Source: Trichodelitschia bisporula
Taxonomy: Eukaryota
Length of the DNA stretch: 64,000 nucleotides
Direction: 5' to 3'
Assembly (NCBI GenBank): GCA_010356995.1
Contig: ML996702.1
Coordinates: forward strand, 1-64,000
Position numbers and translations under genes: made by a program. Under the pieces are notes generated by a model that ran no database searches, was not told where the DNA came from, and worked only from the letters and a program-made list of their open reading frames with translations. Shown here piece after piece: positions 1-12,499 of the stretch (the first letter of the stretch is position 1; the number at the start of each line of letters is the position of its first letter).

Positions 1-116
1 ACTGAGACCGATGTTTGCAAAGAGTCGTTTCCACCAGAGAACTTCCTTCGATGCATGCGTGAGAGCAAGAAGTTCTGCTTCGGTGCTTGAGGTTGTGACG
101 GTTTTCTGCTTGGTAG

Positions 117-291
117 TGTTAAAAGGTGATGAGTGATAAATGGAAACATCACAGCATCATAAGTTGGACCGAAGGTCTGTACATGAACAAGTTGCTTGTA
201 TTGTCAAAGAGGTGGGGACCCCGAGTCTACTTATACTCGCGCCCTGTGGCTGAAACTGGGTGAGGCTGAACACAGCCACCGCATTCCAACA
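117..291 (-). mobile_element. Solo LTR of a Ty1/copia family (reverse orientation)
   Basis: Reverse complement aligns with the LTRs at 483-656 and 1927-2100; TGTT...AACA termini; no PBS or PPT adjacent and no matching flanking duplication (ggtag/atcgc). Confidence 0.85.
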
Positions 292-482
292 ATCGCACAC
301 ACTAGCGATGCTTAGATAGCTCGAGGAGTGATAGGCGAGAGCTCGAAGAGCAGTAGCATGAGAACCCGAGGAGCAATGGCATGACGACGAGATGCGTATA
401 ACGACGAGATGGGTAAAACGATGAGCAATGGGCATGAGGGCTCACTTAACAATGCGCATCGCTCAATTGTAGTATCCCTCCC

Positions 483-2100
483 GGTTGGAATTTCGTGGCT
501 ATGTTCAGCCTTACCCAGGTTCAGCCACAGGGCTCGAGTACAAGTAGGCTCGGGATCCCCACCTCTTTGACAATTAAGCAACTTGTTCATGGACAGACCT
601 TCGGTCCAACTTGTGATGCAGTGACGTTTCTGTTGATCACGCATCACCTTTCAACAGGTTATGAGCCCGGAATGCTTAATCTACACAACCAGCTAAGTAT
701 TCCTACAAAATGAACAAAGACCTCGGGTTCACTCCCCTTTCCTCTGACCTGGGCATCTTCGTGAAGGACAACGTGTACATTGCCGTGTACGTCGACGACC
801 TGTTGATTGCCGGTGTCAGCTCGGAAAACATCGGAAAGCTGAAGGAGGCTCTGAACAGCCGCTTCGAGATGTCGGACCTTGGACCCTGCTCATACTACCT
901 GGGCATGTCTATCAAGCGGGACAGGAGCAAGCGCGCCATCCACCTTTCCCAGCACGGTTATCTGGAAAAGGTCCTGAAGGATTTTGGGATGTGGGAGTCG
1001 AAGCCAGTCCTGACGCCAATGCAAGAGAAGATGGAACCAGCACCGGAAGCCTTTCAGTCTACGGAGGTTGCGAAGACCTGGTATGCCAAAGCCATCGGCT
1101 CACTGATGTACGCCATGCTCGGTACCAGACCCGACATCGCCTTTGCTGTGTCCGCATGCAGCCGGTACGCGTCAAACCCAACCGAAGCACACATCAAGGC
1201 CGTGAAGCGGATCATGCGATACCTCAGAGGCACCATCGACTTGGCTCTCGTGTACAAGGGAAGCCTCAAACCCCTTGTCGGCTACACGGACAGCGACTGG
1301 GCCGGGGACTTGGGGACTCGGCGTTCAACGGGAGGCTACGTCTTCAACATCGGAAGCGGAGCAATCAGCTGGTCTTCGAAGCGACAGGCCACCGTTGCAC
1401 TTTCATCCTGCGAAGCTGAGTGCATGGGGCAAACTCAGGCCACAAAGGAAGCAATCTAGCTCCAGGCACTCCTCCGCGAGCTCCAAGCAAGGGAGGACCT
1501 CACCACCACGGTCATCTACGGCGACAACCAAGGAGCAATCGCCCTGGCCAAGAACCCGCAGTTTCACCCGAGAACAAAGCACATTGGCATTCAGCACCAC
1601 TACGTCAGGGAGAAGCAGGCATCTGGAGAGATTGACCTCCAGTACATCCCGACAGAGAAGCAGGTTGTTGATGGCCTTACAAAAACCTCGCCAAAGGATC
1701 GCTTCGAACAGTTCAGGGAGGCATTGGGTCTTGAATGGGCTCGCACCAGGTGAGGGGGGAAGGGAACCATGAGGCTCGATCTGTCTGCCGCCCCTCCTTG
1801 TGTAAGTCCAGGCACTCTTTCCCTCACAGAGGGCTTTAACGAGGCCTGGCCGTCTGTCCATGTGGGAGTTTCGTGTCTTTGTGAGCGTACCCCTCGCCAT
1901 TTCACTGGGTTTCGTCTGAGGGGGAGTGTTGGAAAGCGGTGGCTCTGTTCAGCCTCACCCAGTTTCAGCCACAGGGCTCGAGTATAAGTAGACTCGGGAT
2001 CCCCACCTCTTTAACAATTAAGCAACTTGTTCATGCACACACCTTCGGTCCAACTTGTGATGCTGTGATGTTTCCATTAATCTTACACCTCCTTTTAACA
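483..2100 (+). mobile_element. Internally deleted Ty1/copia LTR retrotransposon
   Basis: 5' LTR 483-656, followed by the typical fungal copia PBS-like GGTTATGAGCCC (657-668); RT-RNase H coding region; polypurine tract GAGGGGGAG (1918-1926); 3' LTR 1927-2100 (TGTTGG...TTAACA). Gag, protease and integrase are absent. Confidence 0.92.
710..1753 (+). pseudogene. Copia pol remnant: C-terminal reverse transcriptase plus RNase H
   Basis: YVDD catalytic motif, SLMYAMLGTRPDIAFAV, RNase H GYTDSDWAG...RRST, RTKHI.I.HHYVRE; in-frame TAG at 1457-1459 where copia normally has Trp (EAIW). Confidence 0.9.
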
Positions 2101-3365
2101 AACTCAGTGTTTAACTGGAAGGGCAGAGGCGGCATCGCCACGTCCGACGGCAAGCGCGACCGCTGGCACGTCGACGAGGCCGGCGGGCTAGTCGACAGCC
2201 TGCAACCCGGCGCGCAGAGCAGCGGCTGGATCTAGCGCGTCGTCGACCCGGTCCGGAAACAACTCGCCGACGGCGAGGAGTGGGGGATCCGATGCATCAC
2301 CTCTGCGCTCGTGGAGCAGATTGCGCGCACGCTGCCCGTTATCGCCATGGACGGCGAAAGGAAGGGCCTGGAGAAGTTTGTGGTTGATACGCTGCGCACC
2401 TGGGCGGGGCGGAAGTGCGAGGGCGCGCGCGTTGTGATGCTGGTTGAGCGCATCGTTAAGCGCCTTGTCTGGCAGTGGTATCAGGACTTGTACGTGCGCC
2501 CACACCAGCGCCCGCTCGCGGCGTATACGCGCCCCCTCCTGCCGGCTAGTCTCGCCGTCCCGCCCGCGCCCACCGTGTTGCCGTTCCACACCTTCACGGC
2601 CCCGATGTCCGCCGCGCAAGTCCGGTCCATATCACTGCGCAACGGTCTGCGCATCTCAACCTCCATGCTCAAATCCCTCTGGCTGCCGCCCACCGTGCAC
2701 CGCCCCCCGCCCCCACCCGCCCCGCATCTCAACGTCGGCTACGTGAGCGGCGACTTCAACAACCACCCGTTAGCGCATTTGATGCAATCCGCCTTCGGAC
2801 TGCACGACCCAACCCGTGTACGCGCGTTCTGTTATGCCACGACCGCAAGGGATGGCTCCGTGCACCGCGCGCAGATCGAGCGCGAGGCGCCCGTATTCCG
2901 CGACGCGACGCTCTGGCCCGTCGAGCAGCTCGTCGCGCAAATCGTGGCGGACGGTATCCACATCCCCGTAAACCTAAGCGGATACACGCGGGGCGCGCGC
3001 AACGAAGTCTTCGCGGCGTGGCCGGCGCCGATTCAAATGTCCTTCATGGGCTTCGCGGGGACGCTGGGCGCGGAGTGGTGCGATTATCTCCTGGCCGATG
3101 AAACGGCGGTTCCACCGACGATGTTGAGGCCGTGGCGGGGGAATGTGGGTGTTAGGGATCTGGCGGAGGATGGGCATTTTGGGGGGGGCCGAGAGTGGGT
3201 GTATGGGGAGAATGTGGTGTATTGCAAAGAGACTTTTTTTTGCTGCGATCATGCGCAGAGTGCGCCTGATGCGGGGGGGCAGCAGGTGGGGTGGGAGGAG
3301 GAGAGGGGGAGGAGGAGAGGGAGAGGAGGGGGCGGATGAGGAGGGAGCTTTTTCCGGATTTGGGG
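2101..3365 (+). pseudogene. Truncated O-GlcNAc transferase (GT41) fragment
   Basis: GYVSGDFNNHPLAHLMQS, NLSGYTRGARNEVFA..PAPIQMSFMGFAGTLGAEWCDYLLAD motifs of the first GT41 catalytic lobe. Begins directly at the LTR edge, has an in-frame TAG at 2233-2235 and a frameshift in the G-rich tract near 3300-3335 (RMRRELFPDL continues in another frame). No TPRs and no second lobe. Confidence 0.85.
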
Positions 3366-3899
3366 GAGGAGGTAGCGGGACTTGGAGAGTTAAAATGAGC
3401 GTTCGTTGCGATGGCTTGTGTGGTGGTATATACGGCTTTCTTTTTTTTTGGGTTGGGGATGGGAACTGGGAACTGGAAACCGGGAATGGGATGGGTCGGG
3501 CCGGGCCGCTGGGAGGGTATACGCGAGTGTATGGGATGGGTGGGATGGGTTGGTAGATAGACGGGAAAGAGCAACGGGTGTGTTACAAGAAAAGACCAGC
3601 ATCACCAAAAATCAACCTCCGCGTGTGTCATGGGAGGATATCATTTCTCTCATGTCAAAGCGCCACATGCCCTGTGTGGGTCACGTGACTCCGTAAGCTT
3701 GATGCCTGATCCCTGCAATTCCAGCCCGGCTGGACTTGCAGGGTGACGGCTTGGCGCTGGCCTGTGCGCTAGCACCCCCAGCTCCCCCACACTCCACATT
3801 CACACGCGAAACCTTTACATAGTTCTTCAAGCTTTCAATGAATGTTATTCCACAACCAATGCTGTGCAACCAGTGATTTGTGCGCCCCTGACAGGGTGC

Positions 3900-4200
3900 A
3901 AGGAAAGACCAGTATTCACCCGAAGGACCAGTCCTCAAGGAAAGACACAACCTCCGTAATCGACGAAATGACCGACCTCCGCATCAAAGGCAAGACCTGT
4001 ATTCGCCTGAAGGCCAACCACCGCATCCAAGAAACGACGAGTACTCATCGAAAAGACCGGTATTCAAAGAAACACCCAACTCCGCCTCCAAAGAAAAGAC
4101 GAGCATTGAACGACCACCGCATTTAACGGAAGACCCAACATCTGCATCCAAGAAACGACATCACTCCTCATTCAACCAAAGACACAACCTCACATACCCC
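3900..4200. repeat. Degenerate tandem/patchwork repeat
   Basis: Recurrent units AAGACCnGTATTC, GCATCCAAGAAACGAC and AAAGACACAACCTC. Confidence 0.5.
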
Positions 4201-4218
4201 AAACTCCCGTCCTCGCAC

Positions 4219-7200
4219 TCACTCCTGCGCCGGGGGGATTGGGAATGTACCTTCGTCAAGGCGGAGAGGGGGCGGAGAGGGCGGGGACGCGGGAGACGGC
4301 GACGGCGACGGCGACGGCGAGCACGCGATCAGGGACGAGGACGAAAACGACATCTCATCGTACCTGCTGCGGATTAGCTGATGGTGTAGCGTTGCGGAGT
4401 AGCCACGTACCATGGAGGCTCTGTGGTGATGTCGGCTCCTGAGCGCATATGGGCGAGCCACGCTTCTGAGCCCTTCCGATCAGAGTGACCGCTTAGAAGG
4501 GACGTTCGTCGTATCGAGACAACGTGCTCCATCAATTCGATCGCTTCGTCAACCCGGCCGTCCTTGAAGTATGCAGTGGCGAGTACGTGCTGCGATNNNN
4601 NNNNNNNNNNNNNNNNNNNNNNNNNNNNNNNNNNNNNNNNNNNNNNNNNNNNNNNNNNNNNNNNNNNNNNNNNNNNNNNNNNNNNNNNNNNNNNNNNNNN
4701 NNNNNNNNNNNNNNNNNNNNNNNNNNNNNNNNNNNNNNNNNNNNNNNNNNNNNNNNNNNNNNNNNNNNNNNNNNNNNNNNNNNNNNNNNNNNNNNNNNNN
4801 NNNNNNNNNNNNNNNNNNNNNNNNNNNNNNNNNNNNNNNNNNNNNNNNNNNNNNNNNNNNNNNNNNNNNNNNNNNNNNNNNNNNNNNNNNNNNNNNNNNN
4901 NNNNNNNNNNNNNNNNNNNNNNNNNNNNNNNNNNNNNNNNNNNNNNNNNNNNNNNNNNNNNNNNNNNNNNNNNNNNNNNNNNNNNNNNNNNNNNNNNNNN
5001 NNNNNNNNNNNNNNNNNNNNNNNNNNNNNNNNNNNNNNNNNNNNNNNNNNNNNNNNNNNNNNNNNNNNNNNNNNNNNNNNNNNNNNNNNNNNNNNNNNNN
5101 NNNNNNNNNNNNNNNNNNNNNNNNNNNNNNNNNNNNNNNNNNNNNNNNNNNNNNNNNNNNNNNNNNNNNNNNNNNNNNNNNNNNNNNNNNNNNNNNNNNN
5201 NNNNNNNNNNNNNNNNNNNNNNNNNNNNNNNNNNNNNNNNNNNNNNNNNNNNNNNNNNNNNNNNNNNNNNNNNNNNNNNNNNNNNNNNNNNNNNNNNNNN
5301 NNNNNNNNNNNNNNNNNNNNNNNNNNNNNNNNNNNNNNNNNNNNNNNNNNNNNNNNNNNNNNNNNNNNNNNNNNNNNNNNNNNNNNNNNNNNNNNNNNNN
5401 NNNNNNNNNNNNNNNNNNNNNNNNNNNNNNNNNNNNNNNNNNNNNNNNNNNNNNNNNNNNNNNNNNNNNNNNNNNNNNNNNNNNNNNNNNNNNNNNNNNN
5501 NNNNNNNNNNNNNNNNNNNNNNNNNNNNNNNNNNNNNNNNNNNNNNNNNNNCTCGCGAGTTCGTGCTCCGATCCTAGACGGTCTGAATGATCTTCCCGTA
5601 GCATTTTCGATTGGATTGCAACGACGTGCTCCAAAAGTTTGATCGCCCGGCCTATTCGCCCATCGCGACCGTATGCGCTGGCCAGGCTAAACTCGGAAGC
5701 AAGAGTTGCTGCATCATCTTCTCCGGAAATTTCCTTTCTCCATTTGAAAACTTGCTCAAGCCAGTATATACACTCCCGGAGTCTCCCATCCCACATAAAG
5801 AAGTGCCCAAGCAGCTCGCATAGGGTGTAATGGCTGGCCAAGTCTTCGCCCTGAGCAGATTGAGCAACTTTTAACGCGTGGGGCAGGTATTCTCGACACA
5901 TCGGCATGTTGTCGTAGCTGACCGCAGCATTTGGAAATACACCCGCAAGGTGCTCCACCGCCTTCTTCCTCGCCTCCTCTTTCACCAGGGGATGCTTGTC
6001 AAGCCAAATCTTGGTCGCCTTTTGCACGAGTCTGTGCATGTCGTACATGTCATCATCCCGTTTGGTGAAGAAAGCGTAACCAAGAAGGGTACCAATGGCG
6101 CTCACCAAGCGTGCTTTCGTCAGCACTGGAGGCAGGATCGACCTAGGAATCGCCTTTGGCTCGACGTAAGACACGAAGGCGAGGAGATCGGCGGCAGTTT
6201 GATCCGTCTGACGAATTTTTTCGAACGACAGTATCCATGTGTTTGCAATGGCGTTCGAAGTGCTCTGGGGTCGTGTAAGGTCGGTGAACTCGGCGCTCAT
6301 GAGCTCGGACATGTCTTCGTGGGTATTCCTCAGGAGATCCAAATATTCGGAAATGGACACCGGGTTTTTCGTGATGTAGGCTGCTGCTTGTGCGATCGCT
6401 AAAGGAATGAACTCCAGTTCAGTCAAGAGCTCGTCTGTGATCGAAGCGCTACACAGTAACTTTTCCTCTGACAAGGAGTTTCGGAGAAAGTCGAGTGAGT
6501 CTTCCTTGCTCATTTGCTTCAATTGAATGATTCCATTACGTGTCAGCTCGGTTGCGATATGTCGTGTGCGCGTCGTGCAAAGCACCTGGCCGTTCGGGCT
6601 TGCCGGAAGAAAATGGGCAACATGCTTGGACTGATCGGGGGACGGAGAAAAGATATTCGCGTCGTCGACGTTATCAATAATCAAAAGCCAGCGCCCTGCC
6701 CTTCCGCCACTTAGATACTCCTTTACCAAGTCCTTCACGTCCTTGTCCTTTTCTTTCTCTGAAAGGATCGACAACTCCCTTGCGATACTGGAGCAGTCTT
6801 GGGTAAAGGTTGCCGCGCTCACAGCGGAAACCCAAAATACAGAGCACTGAGGATGCTTCTCTTTCACCCAGTAAGCGAACTGCAAGGCGATCTGCGTCTT
6901 TCCAGTGCCGCCGAGACCGTGAACTACCAGCATTCGGTTGGCTTTGTCGGCGAAGAGGCCTTGGACCTTCGCGAGCTCAGCTTTCCTGCCGACGAAGTTT
7001 TCGTTTGGTTGAGAGGGAATGAAATAAGTCGCTTTGGGGGCACAATCTTAGACATTTAGTCAGGCTGCAAAGCAACTTAGGTTTGACGCTCACCTTTGGA
7101 TGAGCCATCCATGGCTAGCCGAGGATCCTCAGGCGGTCGAGAACCAATTTCAGGTGACCGGGCCAAGTCAGTATTAGACGTTGCAATGAATTTAGGGGCT

Positions 7201-8399
7201 CACTTCACTGGCCTCCAGTGCATCACGGATCGTGTTTAGGACCTTCAGGTAATTGGAATCTTGCCTGCTGGTGTATTTGCAAACACCATGATGATCGGCC
7301 TGCAAGGACATGTACATTTCCCCGCTACACATAAGTCTAGCCGAGCCTTTGTCCACGACCTGAACCTTGCCCGGAAACTTCCGGCTCAGTTGGGCGAATA
7401 AGGGGGTATCCAGAGTCTCCCAGAAGGACGCAAGAAAAAGCTTGCCCGTGTGGTGGCGAAAACCTTCGTTAATGGTTTCCAAGGTCTCCGAATTTCGTTC
7501 CAGACTGTGCCTAAACTGGGTGTCTGAAAGGACGACTGACACTGAAATGAGCTTCCCGAGCAATGGGGCCGCGTCAGAGCCGATATGGGGGGTCGACAGA
7601 AAGATCATAGCATTGACGGAGGAGCCGATTCGGAGGTATTTTGGGTTGCTTTGGGCATTTAGGGCATCAATGTATGCTTTTTTCACGACCAACCCTCCCA
7701 TTGAGTGGGCAACAAACAGAATAGGCACGGCTCCGATTTCGTGGCTTTCGCCTGTATCATTATTTCGGCTACGAGCCATCAAGGCCAGTAGGTCCATGGC
7801 GAAATTCCCAATAGTCTGGTTGTTGGCTTCGGTCGACAGCCAATCCGCGTTGTAGCCATAGGTGAAAATCCTGGCCTTTTCCATAGCACGCTCTTTCGGA
7901 AGCCATTCACCTGGCCAGAAGAGCTCCGGTGTACCGTCTTTGGCCCAGGTTGCATGGCTTGAACCGCCGAGTCCGTGAACGAATATGATATCCACAGCGG
8001 GAGAACCGCTCGGAGCCGCAACGAGGGTTAGGGTGCGCAAGTTTGGTAGCGATGTGGGAACAACCGTCTCGCGGCCTGTGGGGCCGGGACTGGATGATGA
8101 TCGTGGCACGCGCTGCTCGCTGGGCTCGGTGGAGGGCTGGTCGACGGAGGGACGGAGTGCAACATGATTATCAGCTGCGCTAGACTCGGTCCCGTCACCG
8201 GCTTCATCGCGTTTCTTGCCAGATTTAGGCCTTAGTACGTTCCGAAATTTTCTCTTGAACACGGTTAGTAAGGACCAAAAGCAATGGTGGAAAAGAGCTC
8301 AGATACAGTGAATACAACTGCACCACAAATGGGAGTGAAAAAGGCATACATCAGCCTTAAGGAGCAAGGGCAGTTGTAGCGAAGGAGAATACGTACCAT
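4219..8399 (-). CDS. Fungal NLR: SesB-like alpha/beta hydrolase + NB-ARC + TPR repeats (spliced; spans gap)
   Basis: DIIFVHGLGG and FVAHSMGGLVVKKA (nucleophile elbow), ADHHGVCKY; FVGR...GLGGTGKT P-loop, WLLIIDNVDD Walker B, PLAIAQAAAYI, MHRLVQ; TPR units (AIKLLEHVV..., SQHVLATAYFKDGRVDEAIELMEHVV) on both sides of the N gap. Probable ATG at 8399 followed by intron 8396-8254. End is 4374 if unspliced or 4219 if the last GTACGT..CAG intron is removed. Confidence 0.88.
4597..5551. other. Assembly gap (N run) inside the NLR TPR array
   Basis: Run of N; TPR-coding sequence abuts both sides. Confidence 0.99.
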
Positions 8400-10445
8400 G
8401 ATGGTTCAGAGCTGTGAAGACGCTTCGTTGCTCAGTTTTGAGATGCTGGAGAGGCGAAAAGCTGATGGGAAATGAACCAGGTCCGCGAGCGACTCACCCT
8501 CAGCTGTGGGATTCCTCAGTGCGGGGGGGCTCGGCGCTCCCAGTCCCGTGGGGGGCTGGGGTAACAGCGTCAAGACATTCTCTGTCTGTCCAGTAACAGC
8601 TGCAGTTGGTACCAGCACCGGGGGGCGCAGCCTGACCACCTACAGCCTATCTCGAGGGACACGCTGTCCCCCAAACCCAGGAGGAGGACCAGTGGGAACT
8701 CGCTGGGCGAGAAGCGGAGAGAGGGTAGTAACATGGCAAGCAAAAATGAGTTAAACGTGGAGCATCATATTGCTCTGAAAACTGAGGTTAACAGTTGGCG
8801 GCTTGATGTCAAAACTGAGTAGGATAGGATCGGTATGCAGGGTCTGACGGGTCGCGCCTGCGCCTGCGCCTGCGCTTGCGCGAGCCCCACTTTCATCTAC
8901 CCCGCCACTCCAGACTGGACACCACCAGCGATCAGCATTGTTAGACGACGTTGCATAGAGCTAAGCACCTGTGAACCCGCCCGGTGCTTTCCTTCTTTAA
9001 GGCTAGCTGTGCATGGCTTGAATGCCTCGGCATTCGGAGGATGGTTCGCGGTCCGCTGGAGTTTAGGACCAAATGCTGGAACCTGTAACTGTTGATGGCG
9101 GCTTGAGTGGGCGAAAGCATTGATGGAGGGTAGGTGATGTGGGCAACGCTCAGTCATAGGCAAAGCGCAAGTAAGCTTTTTAAAAGGTTGGAAAGGACAA
9201 AGAAGACAGCAGCGTCGCGGGGCCCTCAGCAGTATGTAACAGTAGTCCCATATCGCCTTCCACTGTCCTGGTCAATACCTGCCCCTAGGCCTAGTGTTGA
9301 CCGTGACTCCCTGCCCAACTCACAGATGGGTCCCTTCCAGGATACAAACGATGCCTTCCATACTCATGAGTACCTTAACAGTACTTGCTTGGTGCCTTTG
9401 TGCCTTACGTCCCGTCTTTACATCAGCCAGTCCACCATGAAATAGTCGCGATTCTAAAGCATATCGGGTTTCTCATCCTACCTATCCACTCGTACAAAGG
9501 TAGTCGAAAATTTCCTCCTGCTCCTTCAGCCGTTCAGCGCGAAGCTCGTCACTATCGACTGCTTTTGGGGTCGGGCGCGATTGGGTCAGGCGCGCTTGCC
9601 TCTCTTTCGAGGACATGAGATATTAGATGGTCGTGCCTAAGGCCATCATGGACCACTTGGAGGCGGAACGTAGCATTTATATACCTGTGGTCGCAGGGAC
9701 AATTGGTTCAAGAGTCCCAAAGCGGACAGAGTGCACTCCAGAAGCCACATGCGTTGCGTACGTCAGCATGGTGCGTAGTACTACGGTACCAGGCCGAATA
9801 TATGTTAGGGGTCCAAAGTCCACCCAGAAAAGTAATGATTCCTCTCCCGGTTCACTGGCCATGCCTCACAAAGCGCCGCGGGGGCGGTGTCATTACTTTT
9901 CCGGGTGGGTCCTTGGACCCCTAACGTACGTAGTACATTAGTGGCGGCTGTAAAAACTTATGGAACCTTGGAGGGGATGGTAGTGGGATGCTGCCTACGT
10001 ATTAACTAGTCGTGCCAGTTACGTCAGCCAATCAAGCCCGCTGATGCGGCCAGTCGTGGAACCCTTGGGAGGTGTGAAGATGCGGACAAGAATCTTTATG
10101 TATAAGCACTACTTACAGTCCATATATTAACCACGCAGCGATCCCAAGGCAGCAGCCGTCGTCCCAACAACCCAAAGGTTTCATCACCCACGCCTTTGAA
10201 CACATCAGCGAATTTCTTGAAGCCAACGCCTGCATAACACAACTCGGTGCATAGTAATGGGGAACATGGGGCTAAGAAACCGTAGCCGCCCAATCATATT
10301 ATGCATATTCTTTGCATGCTGTTCAACTTATCATTTTGCGACAAGCCGGAAATGTTTCAGGAAATGCTTGCGCCCTCAAAAATAGCGGTCCAAGTAGGGA
10401 TCGTGAGTTTGAAATAGCTGTTTTTGTGTAACTAACCCTGCTCTC

Positions 10446-10678
10446 TGTCACGGTGCCAGCGAAGAGCGGTGCAAAAACCATATATTGCTTCGAGACGATG
10501 ATAAAGAGTTGGAGAAGTAATCTACAAAGATGGGTGTGCAAAAGCATAACTGCAGTGTGGGGGCTTGGCGCCAGTCGCATGACTGCGCTAGTCCCCATAG
10601 GTCACCTCGCTATTGTGCTGCCACCCAGACCACATCATGGCCTGAGGCATCACACCGTGTATAGCCAGAACCATGACA
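10446..10678. mobile_element. Solo LTR (233 bp), copy 1
   Basis: TGTCACGG...CCATGACA inverted termini; near-identical to 21941-22173; no intact TSD here. Confidence 0.8.
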
Positions 10679-10896
10679 CTTATATCCTGCCGGCATCGCT
10701 AAAGACCGGCGGACCAATTAGAGAACAGTACTTATTACAGCAACTAGGTATTTATTACTGAGCCAACTCATAGGCTCTAGTTGGTCTGCTAGTCCTTGAG
10801 GACACCAGTGACGACGCTAGCCGTAAAACAAGTAGTTAATCCCTCCATTCTTATTCCGATCCGTTATTTCAGTATGCCGAGTACGAAGTTATCCAT

Positions 10897-11091
10897 TCCC
10901 TTGTACGGCCCAGATACCGGCCCAGGTACTTGCCCTGTTACTTGCCTAGGTTCAAATCGCAGTCATTAACCAATTATAGAGCTGGAGTTTAGGCCTGTAA
11001 TGAATTCTCAGGTTCTGTAACAAATCCTAGCTCTTTAACTGGTCAATAATTGCGATTTGTACCTGGGCAAGTACATGGGCCGTATAAGGGA
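10897..11091. mobile_element. MITE-like foldback element, copy 1
   Basis: Terminal inverted repeats TCCCTTGTACGGCCC / GGGCCGTATAAGGGA with internal inverted subrepeats; homologous to 24320-24539. Confidence 0.65.
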
Positions 11092-11175
11092 TTTGAAGGG
11101 ATATGGAGAAACTGATGGGCTGCGCTAACGTATATGAATAAATTAACTTTGGGGAATGATAAGGCTAGAGTCCAT

Positions 11176-12499
11176 CTAAAACTCTGCGAGATGCGGCGGC
11201 TGCGTAAATTTTATAAGTTCTGGATCTACCAGAAGATGCTTTATATCTTCGTCGCGTAAGCAGAGTACAACCGTAAGGTCCCCTCTTGGAGTCTGTGGTA
11301 GTATGTACATCAAACCCTCTACCGGCGTAAAATGTGGACGACGCACGGCAATCGGCAGACCTAGCCTAAAGCCAAAGTCGCATATATAGTAGTTGAACTT
11401 CGCCCACGAGCTTAGTATGATATCGCGCGTCCAATCGACCGCGGCGGTCATTGAGATGGACGACTTATCCGGCGACCGCGTAAAGACCGCGGCTAGTGCG
11501 GCGGTCTGCTTTTTTAAGTCTATCAGGTCCAGAGCTGCAAGAAGGCTAGTAGCAACATTTGAGATGGGACCAGCGAGCTGCTGTACCGACATCCGGGTGT
11601 AGGTCATGTTTTGCGCCGTTCCCATATATGCAGGTGGAATGCCGAAGAGAGCGCGGGCGTTCATAGGGCGTGCGACCAGGCATACAGCGTTGGGCTCAAT
11701 ACGGTGCGCTCGCGCGCGCATCACGGTCTGCTAAATGTGGGCGCGCTTAGAGCGTCATCGGTCGAAACAAAGGTGGGTGATGTGGCAGATGGCAGGCTTT
11801 TAGCCTGAGAGGCTGCGTCCTTCAACGTGGCGAGCGCACTGGCCGGAAAGGTAAAGTCGGCCCAGCCGCAGTCGGCGGCCTGAGCGGGCGGGGCGGACTG
11901 AACCTTCTGTTCGTTAGATATAGGGCCGTCGCCGATGGAAATAATTTTGCGGCGGTCGGTATTCCTAAGCTCCAGCTCCTCGTCGGTAAAGGCTGTTCCA
12001 CTGCATGCCTTGTGCAGTAGCTGGATAACCTAATCTTGGCCAATGCCATCCATCGCTCGATGCTCGCTAAGGAACGTGAGAATGATGCCGCCGGTAATGA
12101 AATTGAGCTGCACGAGGAATACGGGCAGAATGGGATCATCGCCGGGAAGGCCTTGAAGAGTGCGCCGCGGGGCAATCATACTCTCATCTAGCGTATGGAT
12201 GGGAAACTGGGCGTTTTTCAGACCATCTATTATAAGTTCTGAAGTGAGATCGCGGAACGTCAGAGGAATTTGAGACAGCGGCCGAATTTTGAAGATGCCA
12301 GAGTTTCTAGGACTTGCGTCTTCGTTGACCACATGCCCCGTGAGCTATGGGAACTTGGCCGACAGCTCTGCTAGGCCGTGCTCGAGCTTGCTGATGAATG
12401 TCGCACTCTGAGCTGTGCTAGCCGAAAATAGAAGCAGATTTGTGTGTAGACTCTAAGCAAAGGCTGCTGGCTAAAGATGTCGAAATAATACTCTTCTAT
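11176..12499 (-). pseudogene. Tri101-like (trichothecene 3-O-acetyltransferase family, BAHD-type) acyltransferase pseudogene
   Basis: DIFSQQPLLRVYTQIC N-terminus, HRAMD (HXXXD), DFGFRLGLP..VRRP, EGLMYILP motifs; multiple TAG stops and frameshifts; probable start codon decayed to ATA at 12499. Confidence 0.85.

Noticed and set aside
1..90. Frame-1 tail TETDVCKESFPPENFLRCMRESKKFCFGA* resembling the end of a Cys-containing protein
   Set aside because: Cut by the window edge; too short to support.
4524..5642. Long plus-strand ORFs across the gap
   Set aside because: Artefacts of translating N.
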